Positions 27,739-37,876 of a stretch of DNA of 64,000 nucleotides are shown in pieces (position 1 is the first letter of the stretch; each line of letters opens with the position of its first letter). Both the position numbers and the translations under genes were made by a program. The notes under the pieces are model-generated. The model searched no databases. It was not told the origin of the DNA and worked only from the letters and a program-made list of their open reading frames with translations. The stretch is from Chthoniobacterales bacterium (GTDB lineage: Bacteria > Verrucomicrobiota > Verrucomicrobiia > Chthoniobacterales > UBA10450): contig JBHELY010000011.1 of NCBI GenBank assembly GCA_046262815.1, positions 1,783 to 65,782 of the forward strand, in the 5' to 3' direction.

Positions 27739-28230
27739 ATGAACCCAAGAACCGTATTCCCGTTATTGACAATCGGATTGGCGCTGTGCCTTTGCTCCAG
27801 TGGCGGCGCCCAAATCGGTCCGCCGCCCCCACCACTGAAGCTGCCTGACCTGGTCATTTCTTCGTTGAGCGCCAAGCTCATCGCGCCAAACAGGGTGCAA
27901 TATTCGTGGACCGTGACCAATGTCGGCAACGCACCCGCCAACCTTGACGGACCGACGGCAAACAACGCGGACAATGTGTCCGTCCAGGCATTCGTCTCCA
28001 AAGACACCGTCTTCGGTAATACGGGCGATATTCCCGCCGGAGGAACGATTCTCGGCACATCGCCTCTCGGGCAGCTCGCTCCGCAGGCGTCCAAGAGCGG
28101 AACTTTCACGGCGACCGTTCAGGCCAACTTCACGAAGTTAACCCAACTGGTGCTGAAAGTTGATTCGGGCAAAGTGGTGACTGAATTCAACGAAGACAAT
28201 AATACCGCGGCCGTCGGCATCGCCCGCTGA
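27739..28230 (+). CDS. secreted CARDB-domain protein
   Basis: 163 aa with a signal peptide. LPDLVIS...TVTNVGNAPA...EFNEDNN pattern. Confidence 0.65.
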   Translation: MNPRTVFPLLTIGLALCLCSSGGAQIGPPPPPLKLPDLVISSLSAKLIAPNRVQYSWTVTNVGNAPANLDGPTANNADNVSVQAFVSKDTVFGNTGDIPAGGTILGTSPLGQLAPQASKSGTFTATVQANFTKLTQLVLKVDSGKVVTEFNEDNNTAAVGIAR

Positions 28231-28241
28231 CGCGCGGCCCG

Positions 28242-28882
28242 ATGGACCGAAGACGATTCCTAGAAACGTCGGGTAAGCTCGCGTGTGGATTCACGGGAGC
28301 AACTTCTCTCCTCGCTCTCGGTTCCACGCCGGCGAGTGCGGCATCCGGCGAGCCGGAACCGGCTCCAAATATCATTGGTCCGCGCCGGCCTTATTCGCCT
28401 CACGTGGGAACGTTAATTTCAATGCTGAACTGGATGCGAAGGGCCATCCTGATCCCGGTCCAGGGACTCACGGTCGCGCAGCTCGATTATCTCCACGACG
28501 AAAAGGCCAACACGATCGGGGCGCTTCTCTTTCACCTCGCAGCGATCGAGCGGTTTTATCAGATCAATACGTTCGACGGAAAAAAGTGGGGCGACTTCGA
28601 CGACGCAACCCAGAAGCGATTTGGCGCCGCCGCGCTTTTGGGGGACGCCGCCCGGAAGGAGATCAAGGGAAACCAGCTCGGCTACTACCTGATATTCTGA
28701 AGGAAGTAAGGGAGCACACCCTGGTCGAACTTGGCAAGCGTGACGACGCGTGGCTGATGCAGGTCGATCGCGAGTCGGAGTCAGCGCCGATTAATAATTA
28801 CTGCAAGTGGTTTCACGTGTGCGAACACGAGTCCAATCACAACGGCCAGGTGAAGTGGTTCAAAGCCCGGTTGCCGGCTTGA
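28242..28882 (+). pseudogene. DinB-superfamily protein with Tat signal, split by a 1-nt frameshift
   Basis: ORF 28242..28700 (MDRRRFLE..., DinB N-half) continues in ORF 28283..28882 from about 28691 (DILKEVREH...HVCEHESNHNGQ). Confidence 0.7.
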
Positions 28883-28933
28883 GTCTTTTGAAATTCCGCC
28901 GCGCAGGCCGCCGTCGCAGATTCTCGTTGCGAC

Positions 28934-31153
28934 TCAATTCGGCGGCGGCGGGGGCGAAGCGGTCGTGCTCGCGGTAGTCGGAGCGCGATTCAGATCGACG
29001 AGGTCTTTGAGGATGTTGAGCGTCTCGTCGCGTTCGGGATCGATCGCAGGCTCTTTCGTGCCATCGTCATTGCCCGCCGTATCGGACTCGGAATCGGAAT
29101 CCTCCGCCGCTTCGGGAGCGACCTTGTTGCCTCCGTTCTTCTTGTTCGCGGCCAGATTTCCCGGGAAAAGAATCGGCTGCAGATTCGGCTTGTCGACATT
29201 GTCGAGCGTGAGCCGGATCATCTGCATTTGCTCGCCCTGACGAGCGAGTCGTTCCTTCGCGCGCGTTTCCTTGCGAATCTTGTCTTCGTTCAATTCGGAT
29301 TTGCGCGTGTCTTCGTTCAGTGAAATCCGGTTTTCATCGAGCCGCTTCCGCAGCCGGTCCATGTCTTCCATGACGTAGTGGAATTCCGGATTCCCCTGGA
29401 CGCGTGCTTCCGACCGGCGCTTCAACTCATCGATAAACAGGCCGCGGCCTTCGGACCATTTCGAGTAGCGCGCCTTCGGCACTTCATCGTAAGGCAAACA
29501 ATTCTTCAACGCGCCTTCGCCAAATTCCGGCAGATCGCTCAACGTCGGCAGAACAATATCCGACGCCACGCCGTGGAGCTGCGTCGAGCCGCCCGCCACG
29601 CGATAGAACTTCTGGATCGTCAATTTGAGGGCGCCATCTTCCTGCGAACGGCTGCCGAGCAACGAAGTGAACCGGCCGATCTCGAGGATCGTTTGCACGG
29701 TGCCTTTGCCGAAGGTGTTCTTGTCGCCCACGATCAAGGCGCGTCCGTAATCCTGAAGCGCAGCCGCAAAAATCTCGCTGGCTGACGCGCTCTGTCGACT
29801 GGTCAACACAATCATCGGCCCTGAGTAGGCAATGCCCGGATCGGGATCGCTCGAAACAACAATGTTCCCATTGGAACTTTTCGTCTGCACGATCGGGCCC
29901 GATTTCAAAAAGACGCCGGTCAACGCAATCGCTTCTTCGAGCGAGCCGCCGCCGTTGCGCCGGAGATCGACGATGAGCCCCGAAATGTTTTCTTTCTTCA
30001 GCCGCTTCAGGAGCTGGAGGACGTCCCTGGTGGTGCTCTTCTGGTGCCGGTCCATGTCGGCGTAAAATGACGGCAAGGTGATCCAGCCGAGCTTCACCGG
30101 CTCGCCGTTTTCGTTCTTCTTAATGATGATGTCGGCGCGCGCTTCCTGGTCTTTCAGTTTAATCTCGTCGCGCACCAGATCGACCGTCTTGCGCTTTGAG
30201 GGATCGGGCGAATCGGCCGGGATCACGAGCAATCGCACTTTCGTTCCTTTTTTGCCGCGAATTTGTTCGACGACCTTATCCAGCCGCATGTCGCGCACGT
30301 CGTTGAACTCGCCGTTGCCCTGCGCCACGGCTGTGATTCGATCGCCGACCTTTAACCGTCCATCCGTCTGTGCGGGACCGCCGGGCACCAGGCTCTCGAT
30401 TTTCGCGTAGCCGTCTTCGGTGCGGAGCATCGCGCCGATGCCGACCAGCGACAGGCCCATGTTGATGCTGAAATTCTTCAGGTCGGCTTTGCTCAGGTAT
30501 TCCGAATGCGGGTCGTAAGCCTGGGCGAGCGCGTCGAGGAAAAGTTTCACCTGCTCGTCTTTGTCCTGCTCGTGGACGTTGCGCGCGAGACGGTCGTAAC
30601 GCTTCGCGACGAGTTTCGGGCCGGGCTCGATCGGATGTTCGCTCAGCTGTTCCTGGAGCAGCTCGCTCTCGATCCGGCCGTGCCAGATTTGATCGGCATC
30701 CGCTTCGTCCTTCGGCCATGAAGCTTTCTGCCGGCTCAATTCAATCGTCGCGTTACTTTTGAAATCGGTCGGCTGATTGAGCTGGGCCTTGATCTTCGCG
30801 ACCCGATCGTCCACTCGCCTCGTGTAGAGAGCGTAAATCTCAAACGCTGGCTTTAAGTCTTTAAGCAAAACGGCGTCATCAAGCCAGACGCCGTATTTGG
30901 ACGTCAACGCGTCAACGTCCTGTTGAGTGAAAAAAAGATGGCTGAAATCGAGCAGCTCTAGGTAGGTCGTCAGGAATTTCTTGGAAATTTCATCGTTGAG
31001 CGGGTGATGCCCATAATGGCCTTCTTCGAGAAGCCGACCTACTGATTGCTCGACGTCCTCCATGTCCGATCTAGCGAGGACGGGCGCTGCTGTAAGCGCC
31101 AGAGCTAAAACTACTGCGGGCAGGACGACAGTTGAGCGGAGAAGTGATTTCAT
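28934..31153 (-). CDS. tail-specific / C-terminal processing protease (S41A)
   Basis: ORF trimmed to ATG 31153 (MKSLLRSTVVLPAVVLALALTAAPVLA). PDZ domain, SRQSASASEIFA and FGKGTVQ. Acidic, Pro-rich tail. Confidence 0.85.
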   Translation of the reverse strand: MKSLLRSTVVLPAVVLALALTAAPVLARSDMEDVEQSVGRLLEEGHYGHHPLNDEISKKFLTTYLELLDFSHLFFTQQDVDALTSKYGVWLDDAVLLKDLKPAFEIYALYTRRVDDRVAKIKAQLNQPTDFKSNATIELSRQKASWPKDEADADQIWHGRIESELLQEQLSEHPIEPGPKLVAKRYDRLARNVHEQDKDEQVKLFLDALAQAYDPHSEYLSKADLKNFSINMGLSLVGIGAMLRTEDGYAKIESLVPGGPAQTDGRLKVGDRITAVAQGNGEFNDVRDMRLDKVVEQIRGKKGTKVRLLVIPADSPDPSKRKTVDLVRDEIKLKDQEARADIIIKKNENGEPVKLGWITLPSFYADMDRHQKSTTRDVLQLLKRLKKENISGLIVDLRRNGGGSLEEAIALTGVFLKSGPIVQTKSSNGNIVVSSDPDPGIAYSGPMIVLTSRQSASASEIFAAALQDYGRALIVGDKNTFGKGTVQTILEIGRFTSLLGSRSQEDGALKLTIQKFYRVAGGSTQLHGVASDIVLPTLSDLPEFGEGALKNCLPYDEVPKARYSKWSEGRGLFIDELKRRSEARVQGNPEFHYVMEDMDRLRKRLDENRISLNEDTRKSELNEDKIRKETRAKERLARQGEQMQMIRLTLDNVDKPNLQPILFPGNLAANKKNGGNKVAPEAAEDSDSESDTAGNDDGTKEPAIDPERDETLNILKDLVDLNRAPTTASTTASPPPPPN

Positions 31154-31345
31154 TCGGAAAAAGAGGTTTTGGACAGTCGCAGAATCCACCCAGAAGGCAA
31201 GAAAACCGCGCAGGCTAACTTCATTCGTTGGTAGTGAGACAATCGGCTGGGCGCAACATTCAAAGAACGGCCGATCGCCGCGCCCTTGCCTGCAGCTTTC
31301 GGGCCTTGTGGCCGGGATCGTCGATCCCGGCTAGCTTTCGCTCCG

Positions 31346-31957
31346 ATGCGTTACCAGACCTTTTGCGGGGGGATCTTCGAGACGAACTGTTACCTCCTGG
31401 AAGCCCCTGAAGGCCCGATCCTTTTCGACGCGCCGGACGGCGCCTGCGACTGGCTCGTGGCTGAAGGCATAACGCCGAAGCTGCTTCTGTTGACCCACGG
31501 TCACTTCGATCACATCCCTGACGTGGCGAAAATCAAGAAGCGATTCGATTGCCCCATCGGTTGTCACGCGGACACCGCGCCGATGATCTCCGATCCGGAA
31601 TTCTTTCGCGATTTCGGATTCCAACTTGAAATCGAACCGGTCGAGCCGGATTTCCTCATCGAGGCGACGCCGGCTCGCGATTTTCTCGGACTCGAGATGG
31701 AGATCCTGGAAGTGCCCGGTCACTGCCCGGGCAGCCTTTGTTTCCTTTCCCGAAAAGATAAATTGCTGATCGACGGCGACGTTTTGTTCGCGAGCGGCGT
31801 GGGCCGCTGGGATTTACCCGGCGGCGACGGCGATCTGCTCTTTCGCGGGATCAAAGAAAAGCTGTATCCGCTCGGTGACGATGTCGTCGTATTGCCGGGT
31901 CACGGGCCTGCAACGACGATCGGCGCGGAACGCCAGACGAATCCGTTTGTCCGATAG
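31346..31957 (+). CDS. MBL-fold metallo-hydrolase
   Basis: Trimmed to ATG 31346. LLLTHGHFDHI motif. Confidence 0.8.
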   Translation: MRYQTFCGGIFETNCYLLEAPEGPILFDAPDGACDWLVAEGITPKLLLLTHGHFDHIPDVAKIKKRFDCPIGCHADTAPMISDPEFFRDFGFQLEIEPVEPDFLIEATPARDFLGLEMEILEVPGHCPGSLCFLSRKDKLLIDGDVLFASGVGRWDLPGGDGDLLFRGIKEKLYPLGDDVVVLPGHGPATTIGAERQTNPFVR

Positions 31958-31966
31958 CGACAGCGC

Positions 31967-32506
31967 CTAGGCCTTCGGCGCCGCCGGCTTCGCCCCTTCG
32001 GTCACCATTTTCTTGAAAGAGTCCGTCGATGCTTTCACGACTGCGGTCGGGCCGGTCATTTTTACGAAGAGATTCCCATTCGGAGTTTCGAGAATCGCGC
32101 CGCACAGAGCGTAACCTTCCATCGGCGTCGTCGGCCCGCCGGGCATGCCGCTGTTGAACGTTCCTTCCGTCATCGCGAATGTGATTTTCACCGGACCGAC
32201 CTGGACGTTTTCGGTAATCCGTTTGTCTTCGCTCCCGGGAAATTGCGCGTACCAACGCGCGACATTATCCGCTGCGCTCCCGCCCTGGTCCGCGCCAAAA
32301 TGGAAGAACGTCACTTCCGCTTTCTCCGGTCCACGCGCGATCTCAAGCTGCGCCTTGCGCATCGGCGACGATGGCGTGACCGAGCGCCAGCCCTCCGGAA
32401 CGTTGAAGGTGAATCCTTCGACTTTTATCGCTTCCGCGCGGGCCTCGGACCGCACCGCGATTGTGCCAATCAGGAAAAGTGCACTGACAGCGATTGCTGT
32501 TTTCAT
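31967..32506 (-). CDS. exported protein, hypothetical
   Basis: 179 aa with a signal peptide. No family recognised. Confidence 0.55.
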   Translation of the reverse strand: MKTAIAVSALFLIGTIAVRSEARAEAIKVEGFTFNVPEGWRSVTPSSPMRKAQLEIARGPEKAEVTFFHFGADQGGSAADNVARWYAQFPGSEDKRITENVQVGPVKITFAMTEGTFNSGMPGGPTTPMEGYALCGAILETPNGNLFVKMTGPTAVVKASTDSFKKMVTEGAKPAAPKA

Positions 32507-32541
32507 GAATGAAGAATAGCATTACTCGGCCAATCCCACCT

Positions 32542-34260
32542 ATGCGATCCCGCTTTCTTGTTGCCGCGCTCAGCCTCCTTTTGAGTAGCCTTTGCCTCGC
32601 CCAGCAGGCGGATATGCCCGCCGCCGATACGTCGTCGCTCGATTTCAAACAGTTCGGCTTGCTCGCCATCCAGGACGGCGGCCGGCGCAAACCGGTCGAT
32701 ACTTTCGCGCGCGAGACGCTCATCAAGATCACCGGCCGCTCCACTTACGCTTCCGGCGCGCGGACCTGGCAGGCCAGCGATTTTCTCCTCTCGATGCTGC
32801 TCGACACGCATGATTGGAAAACCGAGCCGATGATCCTGGTCTCGCTCGGCGAATTGAAAGAACGGCTCGGATTACCTAACGAACAACGCCGCTTTTCCTT
32901 TACCCAACTGACGACGCTGCCGGAGTTGAACGCGCTCGCCAGCCAGGCCCACGCGCTGCGCAAAGCCGAGAAGCCGCTCAACCGCCTCCAAAACGAAGTG
33001 ATGAGCGTCACCGAGCGACTCGCCCTTTTTGCGAACGTCATGAACGGGACCGCGTTTCTGCTCGTGCCTGCGCCGGAGAAGGCAACCGACGCGTGGCTGG
33101 TCCCGCCGGCCTTCGCGCAATATTACAGTGAGCAGCAGTTCGCGCCCGTGCAGACGCCGTTGCAGACGATGGCGAACGCCTACGTGAAAGGCGACGGCTT
33201 CGCTTTCAGTCGCGCCGCGAACCAGCTACGCGAAAACCTCCGGCAACTGAGCCCGAAGCTTTATCCCGAGGAATCGCAGCTCCGCCTCGAATATTTCTAC
33301 AATCACTGGGACGGTTTCTATCGCGCCGCGTGGTCCTACGGCGTGGCGCTTCTCCTGCTCGGGATCGCTTCGATGCGCGGTAAGGGTGGCTGGATCAAAC
33401 AAGCCGGTCTCGCCATTGCGATCGCAGGGCTGCTCTTTCACGCCAGCGGCATCGTGATGCGTTGCCTGATCGCGGGCCGTCCGCCGGTGACCAACATGTA
33501 TGAGTCCATCATCTGGGTCTCATTCGCGGTCTCGTTCTTCGGCATGATTTTTTTCCTGCGTTATCGAACTCCGGTTTACCTGCTGGCCGCTTTACCGGTC
33601 TCGCTCGTCGCGCTCTTGCTCGTCCATCAGATGCCGATCGCGATGCCGTCGAGCATCGACCCGCTCGTTCCGGTGCTCCGCGATAACTTTTGGCTCACGA
33701 TCCACGTCCTCACCATCACCCTGAGCTACGCCGCGTTCGCGCTCGCGATGGGGTTCGGTCACATCCTTCTGTGGCGTTACGCGCGTAATCCGGTCGCGGC
33801 CCGCGCGGACCAGCCGATGCATTTCTGGTTGTATCGCGTTCTTCAGCTCGGCGTAATCCTGCTCGCTGCCGGCACAATTCTCGGCGGTGTCTGGGCGAAT
33901 TATTCCTGGGGCCGGTTCTGGGGTTGGGACCCGAAAGAAACCTGGGCGCTCATCGCGTTGCTTTGTTACATCCTCACTTTGCACGGACGCCTCGCCGGCT
34001 GGTGGACCCAGTTCGGATTGGTTGTCGCCAGCGTCGTTTGTTTCCTTGCTGTCCTGATGGCCTGGTACGGCGTGAACTTCGTTCTTGGAAAAGGGCTGCA
34101 TAGCTACGGTTTCGGCATCGGCGGCGAGACCTACGTCGTGGGCGGGGTCATTGCCGATCTTCTCTTCGTCGGATTTGCGATCTGGCGTTATCGCCGGGCG
34201 AAATCAGCGCGCTTACCGACCACTCCCACGCCGGCCGCTGCCGAACGGATTGCTGCGTAA
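32542..34260 (+). CDS. ccsA: cytochrome c biogenesis protein CcsA-type (with long N-terminal extension)
   Basis: Trimmed to ATG 32542. WGRFWGWDPKETWALI is the Trp-rich haem-handling motif. Confidence 0.8.
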   Translation: MRSRFLVAALSLLLSSLCLAQQADMPAADTSSLDFKQFGLLAIQDGGRRKPVDTFARETLIKITGRSTYASGARTWQASDFLLSMLLDTHDWKTEPMILVSLGELKERLGLPNEQRRFSFTQLTTLPELNALASQAHALRKAEKPLNRLQNEVMSVTERLALFANVMNGTAFLLVPAPEKATDAWLVPPAFAQYYSEQQFAPVQTPLQTMANAYVKGDGFAFSRAANQLRENLRQLSPKLYPEESQLRLEYFYNHWDGFYRAAWSYGVALLLLGIASMRGKGGWIKQAGLAIAIAGLLFHASGIVMRCLIAGRPPVTNMYESIIWVSFAVSFFGMIFFLRYRTPVYLLAALPVSLVALLLVHQMPIAMPSSIDPLVPVLRDNFWLTIHVLTITLSYAAFALAMGFGHILLWRYARNPVAARADQPMHFWLYRVLQLGVILLAAGTILGGVWANYSWGRFWGWDPKETWALIALLCYILTLHGRLAGWWTQFGLVVASVVCFLAVLMAWYGVNFVLGKGLHSYGFGIGGETYVVGGVIADLLFVGFAIWRYRRAKSARLPTTPTPAAAERIAA

Positions 34261-34293
34261 CTGCCCGTCGCTGAGACGAGCGACTTCTCGGTC

Positions 34294-35190
34294 TTACATT
34301 CCCATCGGATGCCGCGCAACGTAGCCGCTCGTGTCGCGGCTGTAGTCGTACCAACGCGGACCGACGTCGCCGCCTCTTCCGAGATCGGTCGTATCGAGAC
34401 GCAACCCGGCAATCACGGCAAACGTGTGCCCGGACCTGGAATAAATTGTCATCCATCGGCCGCGGCCGCGTTCGCCAAAGCGCATCAGGTCGCTCGACGG
34501 CAGAGGTGAATTCAAAACGCCCGCGCCGTGCAGTGCGAAGGAAACGGTCCCGGAACAATCATAACCGCCATCGTAAAACGTGCCGTGTCCGCCACCCCAG
34601 ACATATGGTTTGCGGCGCAATGTATTCGCGGCCCAGATCGCGTTCTTCACGCTCTGCGGCGCACGTGATGGCGCATACGCGATGCCGCCGCGCAAAACCG
34701 CCCGGCTTCCCGACACCGTCGGTCGATCGCCGCGCTGCTCGACGCGCCCAATTTCTTCGCGCTGACCCTGACCTTGATCCTGATCATTTTCCTCCGCCTG
34801 CGGCGCCGCCGTTTTTGTCCCGCTCGATGGTTGGTAGGCGACTCGAATCGGTTTCGCTTCCGATTCATCCAGCGCGTCGGCTTCGTAAAGATCTTCGGCC
34901 CCCCTCGGCTGTCTCGGCTTCGACCGCCGCGGCGCGTAGTAGGCCAACTTGATCGGCGCCACTGCTGTCGCCGCCAGGACTCGTGGCGCGTTATGAACGA
35001 TCGGAGCCGCCGCCGCGTGAATGACCGAACGCGTTAGCCTGAATGGTTCAAGCACCACGGAAAACGGTGTCGGCGGTTTGTGACGGGGACGGCGCGCGTG
35101 CGCGTTTGGCATCAACGTGAAGACAGCCACCATTGCGCAGCAAAAAATGGCCGATCTGCTGCCGGTTATTCTGCCGGGAATCGAGCGCAT
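34294..35190 (-). CDS. NlpC/P60 (C40) family peptidase
   Basis: 298 aa. YVWGGGH...YDCSGTVSF and GHTFAVIAG. Confidence 0.7.
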   Translation of the reverse strand: MRSIPGRITGSRSAIFCCAMVAVFTLMPNAHARRPRHKPPTPFSVVLEPFRLTRSVIHAAAAPIVHNAPRVLAATAVAPIKLAYYAPRRSKPRQPRGAEDLYEADALDESEAKPIRVAYQPSSGTKTAAPQAEENDQDQGQGQREEIGRVEQRGDRPTVSGSRAVLRGGIAYAPSRAPQSVKNAIWAANTLRRKPYVWGGGHGTFYDGGYDCSGTVSFALHGAGVLNSPLPSSDLMRFGERGRGRWMTIYSRSGHTFAVIAGLRLDTTDLGRGGDVGPRWYDYSRDTSGYVARHPMGM

Positions 35191-35287
35191 GCTTCCGAAG
35201 AAAGCTGCTCCCGCGCCAACCTAATAAATTTTGACCGTTTGAAGCCGCGCCCCGACCACCGATGTTCCCACTTTCCGACCTCTGACA

Positions 35288-36622
35288 ATGTCCGACCTGT
35301 TGACTTCCGATCTCCGGCCTCCGGCTACCGGCGTCTCCAACGTGCCGGAAGATCAGACCGGTCGTCCGCGTCGAGTCGCGACCGGCGGTATTTCTTTTCG
35401 CAAAACTTTCTCCGCGCTCAAACACCGGAATTTCCGGCTCTTCTTCATCGGCCAGCTGATCTCGTTTACCGGGACCTGGATGACGACGACCGCGCAAGGC
35501 TGGTTGGTCTACCAATTGACTGGTTCGAAGGCGTTGCTCGGCATCGTCGCCGCCGCGGCATCCGCGCCGATGCTCGTCTTCTCCACGTGGGGCGGATGGA
35601 TCGCCGATCGTTATCCGAAACGGTCCGTCATCGTCGTCACCCAGCTTTGTTCGATGTCCATCTCACTCAGCATGGCTGCGCTTGTCTTCACGAAAATCGT
35701 TCAGCCATGGCACATCATCGCGCTCGCTGTGTGCAGTGGAATCACGATGGCGTTCGACATGCCCGCGCGCCAATCGTTCGTCATCGAGATGACCAGCCGC
35801 GAAGATTTGATGAACGCGATCTCGCTCAACAGCTCCGCGTTCAACTGCGCCCGGATCGTCGGCCCGTCCGTCGCCGGATTTCTGATGGCGCACATCGGTA
35901 TCGCGCTCTGTTTTTTTTGTGATGGCGTGAGCTTCATTCCTGTCATCGCTGGATTGCTCCTGATGCGGTTGCCGAAAAAAGAGACGCAGATCGCGAGCGG
36001 CGGCGGCGCAATCGCCCAGGCGCTCGATGGATTCCGCTACGTTTGGACGCACCGCCGCGTGCTCACCATTCTCGCGCTCTTCACCGTCGTCGGAATTTTC
36101 GGCTGGTCGTATTCGGTGCTGCTGCCTGCGTTCGCCCACGACATTCTCCATCTCGGCGCGAACGGTTACGGATTGCTCATGGCCGGAAGCGGAGTCGGCG
36201 CGCTGGCCGCGGCCCTCAGCGTTGCGAGCGCCGGGCACATGTGGCCCACTCGCACAATGGCGCTTGGCGGCGTCTGGATTTTCTCAATTGCGCTCGTCGT
36301 CTTCGCTTACACCCAAAATTTGTATGTCGGCATCGTCCTGCTCGCGATCGTCGGGTTCGGAATCGTCCTGTATTTCTCAACCTCGAACACCGTCCTGCAA
36401 TCGATCGTTCCCGACGAAATGCGCGGCCGCGTCATGGGCATCTGGGCGCTGATCTTCGGCGGCATGATTCCGCTGGGAAGTTTGGAGGCGGGACTGATGG
36501 CCGATCTGGTTGGCACGCCCGCCACCATGGCAATCGGCGCATTGATCTGTGCCCTCGCCGCGTTCGTCACCCTGAACGTGATCCGCAAACGCGAAGCGCA
36601 GCTGGGACCCGCGCCCCGCTGA
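35288..36622 (+). CDS. MFS transporter
   Basis: 444 aa, 12-TM pattern. Confidence 0.85.
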   Translation: MSDLLTSDLRPPATGVSNVPEDQTGRPRRVATGGISFRKTFSALKHRNFRLFFIGQLISFTGTWMTTTAQGWLVYQLTGSKALLGIVAAAASAPMLVFSTWGGWIADRYPKRSVIVVTQLCSMSISLSMAALVFTKIVQPWHIIALAVCSGITMAFDMPARQSFVIEMTSREDLMNAISLNSSAFNCARIVGPSVAGFLMAHIGIALCFFCDGVSFIPVIAGLLLMRLPKKETQIASGGGAIAQALDGFRYVWTHRRVLTILALFTVVGIFGWSYSVLLPAFAHDILHLGANGYGLLMAGSGVGALAAALSVASAGHMWPTRTMALGGVWIFSIALVVFAYTQNLYVGIVLLAIVGFGIVLYFSTSNTVLQSIVPDEMRGRVMGIWALIFGGMIPLGSLEAGLMADLVGTPATMAIGALICALAAFVTLNVIRKREAQLGPAPR

Positions 36623-36666
36623 TCTTATTGCCAACGATCTCGCTCCCTTCTACGATCCGGACCCTT

Positions 36667-37095
36667 ATGGCGGACATGTATCCTGGAAAATGTTTTTGTG
36701 GCGCAGTTGAAATCGAAGTCACCGGCATGCCCGAAGGCATGGGCTATTGCCATTGCGCTGCGTGCCGCTCCTACATCGGCGCGCCCATCAACGCCTTCAC
36801 GCTCTGGAAACCGGAGAACGTGAAGATCACCAAGGGCGAAGACTCGTTAGGCAGCTTCCAGTCGTCCGAAATGAGCGTCCGTCGTTTCTGCACGAAATGC
36901 GGCGGCAACGTTATGACCGAGCATCCGGGCCTCGGTTTGGTGGATGTTTTCGCCGGTGTCATTCCTACGATGCCGTTCAAGGCCGGCGCCCACCTCAACT
37001 ACGAGGAAACCGTCCTGCCAATGAAGGACGGCCTCCCGAAGTTGCGCGATTTCCCGGCCGAGATCGGCGGTTCCGGCGCCACGATGCCGGAATGA
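36667..37095 (+). CDS. GFA (glutathione-dependent formaldehyde-activating/CENP-V) family protein
   Basis: ORF 36043..37095 trimmed to ATG 36667. Cys pattern CFCGAV...CHCAACR...CTKCG. Confidence 0.8.
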   Translation: MADMYPGKCFCGAVEIEVTGMPEGMGYCHCAACRSYIGAPINAFTLWKPENVKITKGEDSLGSFQSSEMSVRRFCTKCGGNVMTEHPGLGLVDVFAGVIPTMPFKAGAHLNYEETVLPMKDGLPKLRDFPAEIGGSGATMPE

Positions 37096-37105
37096 TGCGG
37101 CCGGC

Positions 37106-37384
37106 CTAACGACCCGCCAAAAAATAGAGAAGCGTCAGTAGGACAAGAACGATTGCGGTGATCCACCAGACCGGGCTGATCCCGGCCGGCTTCGGCGAGC
37201 GGCCGAATTCTCTCCGCGTGAATTCATCGTAATCGAATTCCTCAGGCAGATCGACGCCGTCATAGCTTTCCGCGTCCTCGCGCCAACCGGAATTATGGTC
37301 CGCGCCGCATTCCGGGCAGGCTAGGGCGCCGCGCGGCACATCCTCGCCACAAACCGGACAGATCACGGGAGCTTGCCGTTTCAT
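37106..37384 (-). CDS. zinc-ribbon membrane protein
   Basis: 92 aa. CPVCG...CPECG and a C-terminal TM helix. Confidence 0.6.
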   Translation of the reverse strand: MKRQAPVICPVCGEDVPRGALACPECGADHNSGWREDAESYDGVDLPEEFDYDEFTRREFGRSPKPAGISPVWWITAIVLVLLTLLYFLAGR

Positions 37385-37453
37385 TGCGCGATGATAATCG
37401 CGAAAATCTTGAATCCAAACCGTCGTCCTGCTCCGTCCATTCTAGAGAACGCC

Positions 37454-37843
37454 ATGGAAACCTCATACCCACAACCGCCGCCAACCCCCGTCAACGTCAC
37501 TGCCGTCGCGAACGTGCGCACCTGGTCCGCATTCATCCACGCCAGCGCTCTGCTCGGCGTCTTGCTCCATTTCCCTGGCCACCTGCTCCCGCCGCTCATC
37601 CTCTGGCTAATCAAACGCGACGACGCCCCCGAGCTCGACGCCCACGGCAAGGAAGCGGTCAACTTCCAGATCTCGATGCTGATCTACAACGTCGTTGCCG
37701 CGATCTTCTGCCTCGTCCTGGTCGGCTTCGCTTTCCTCGGCATCCTCTGGATCCTGAACACCATCTTCGTCATCATCGCCGCCATCCAGGCCAGCGACGG
37801 CAAATTCTACCGCTACCCCATGACGATCCGGTTCATCCAATAA
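37454..37843 (+). CDS. DUF4870-domain membrane protein
   Basis: Trimmed to ATG 37454. LILWLIKRDD...HGKEAVNFQIS pattern. Confidence 0.7.
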   Translation: METSYPQPPPTPVNVTAVANVRTWSAFIHASALLGVLLHFPGHLLPPLILWLIKRDDAPELDAHGKEAVNFQISMLIYNVVAAIFCLVLVGFAFLGILWILNTIFVIIAAIQASDGKFYRYPMTIRFIQ

Positions 37844-37845
37844 GG

Positions 37846-37869
37846 TGTAGAGGCGGGTGTCCCACCCGC
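37846..37869 (+). repeat. GTAG-headed REP-like hairpin
   Basis: TGTAG-ag-GCGGGTG-tcc-CACCCGC, 2 nt after the DUF4870 stop codon. Confidence 0.45.
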
Positions 37870-37876
37870 AGACTTA

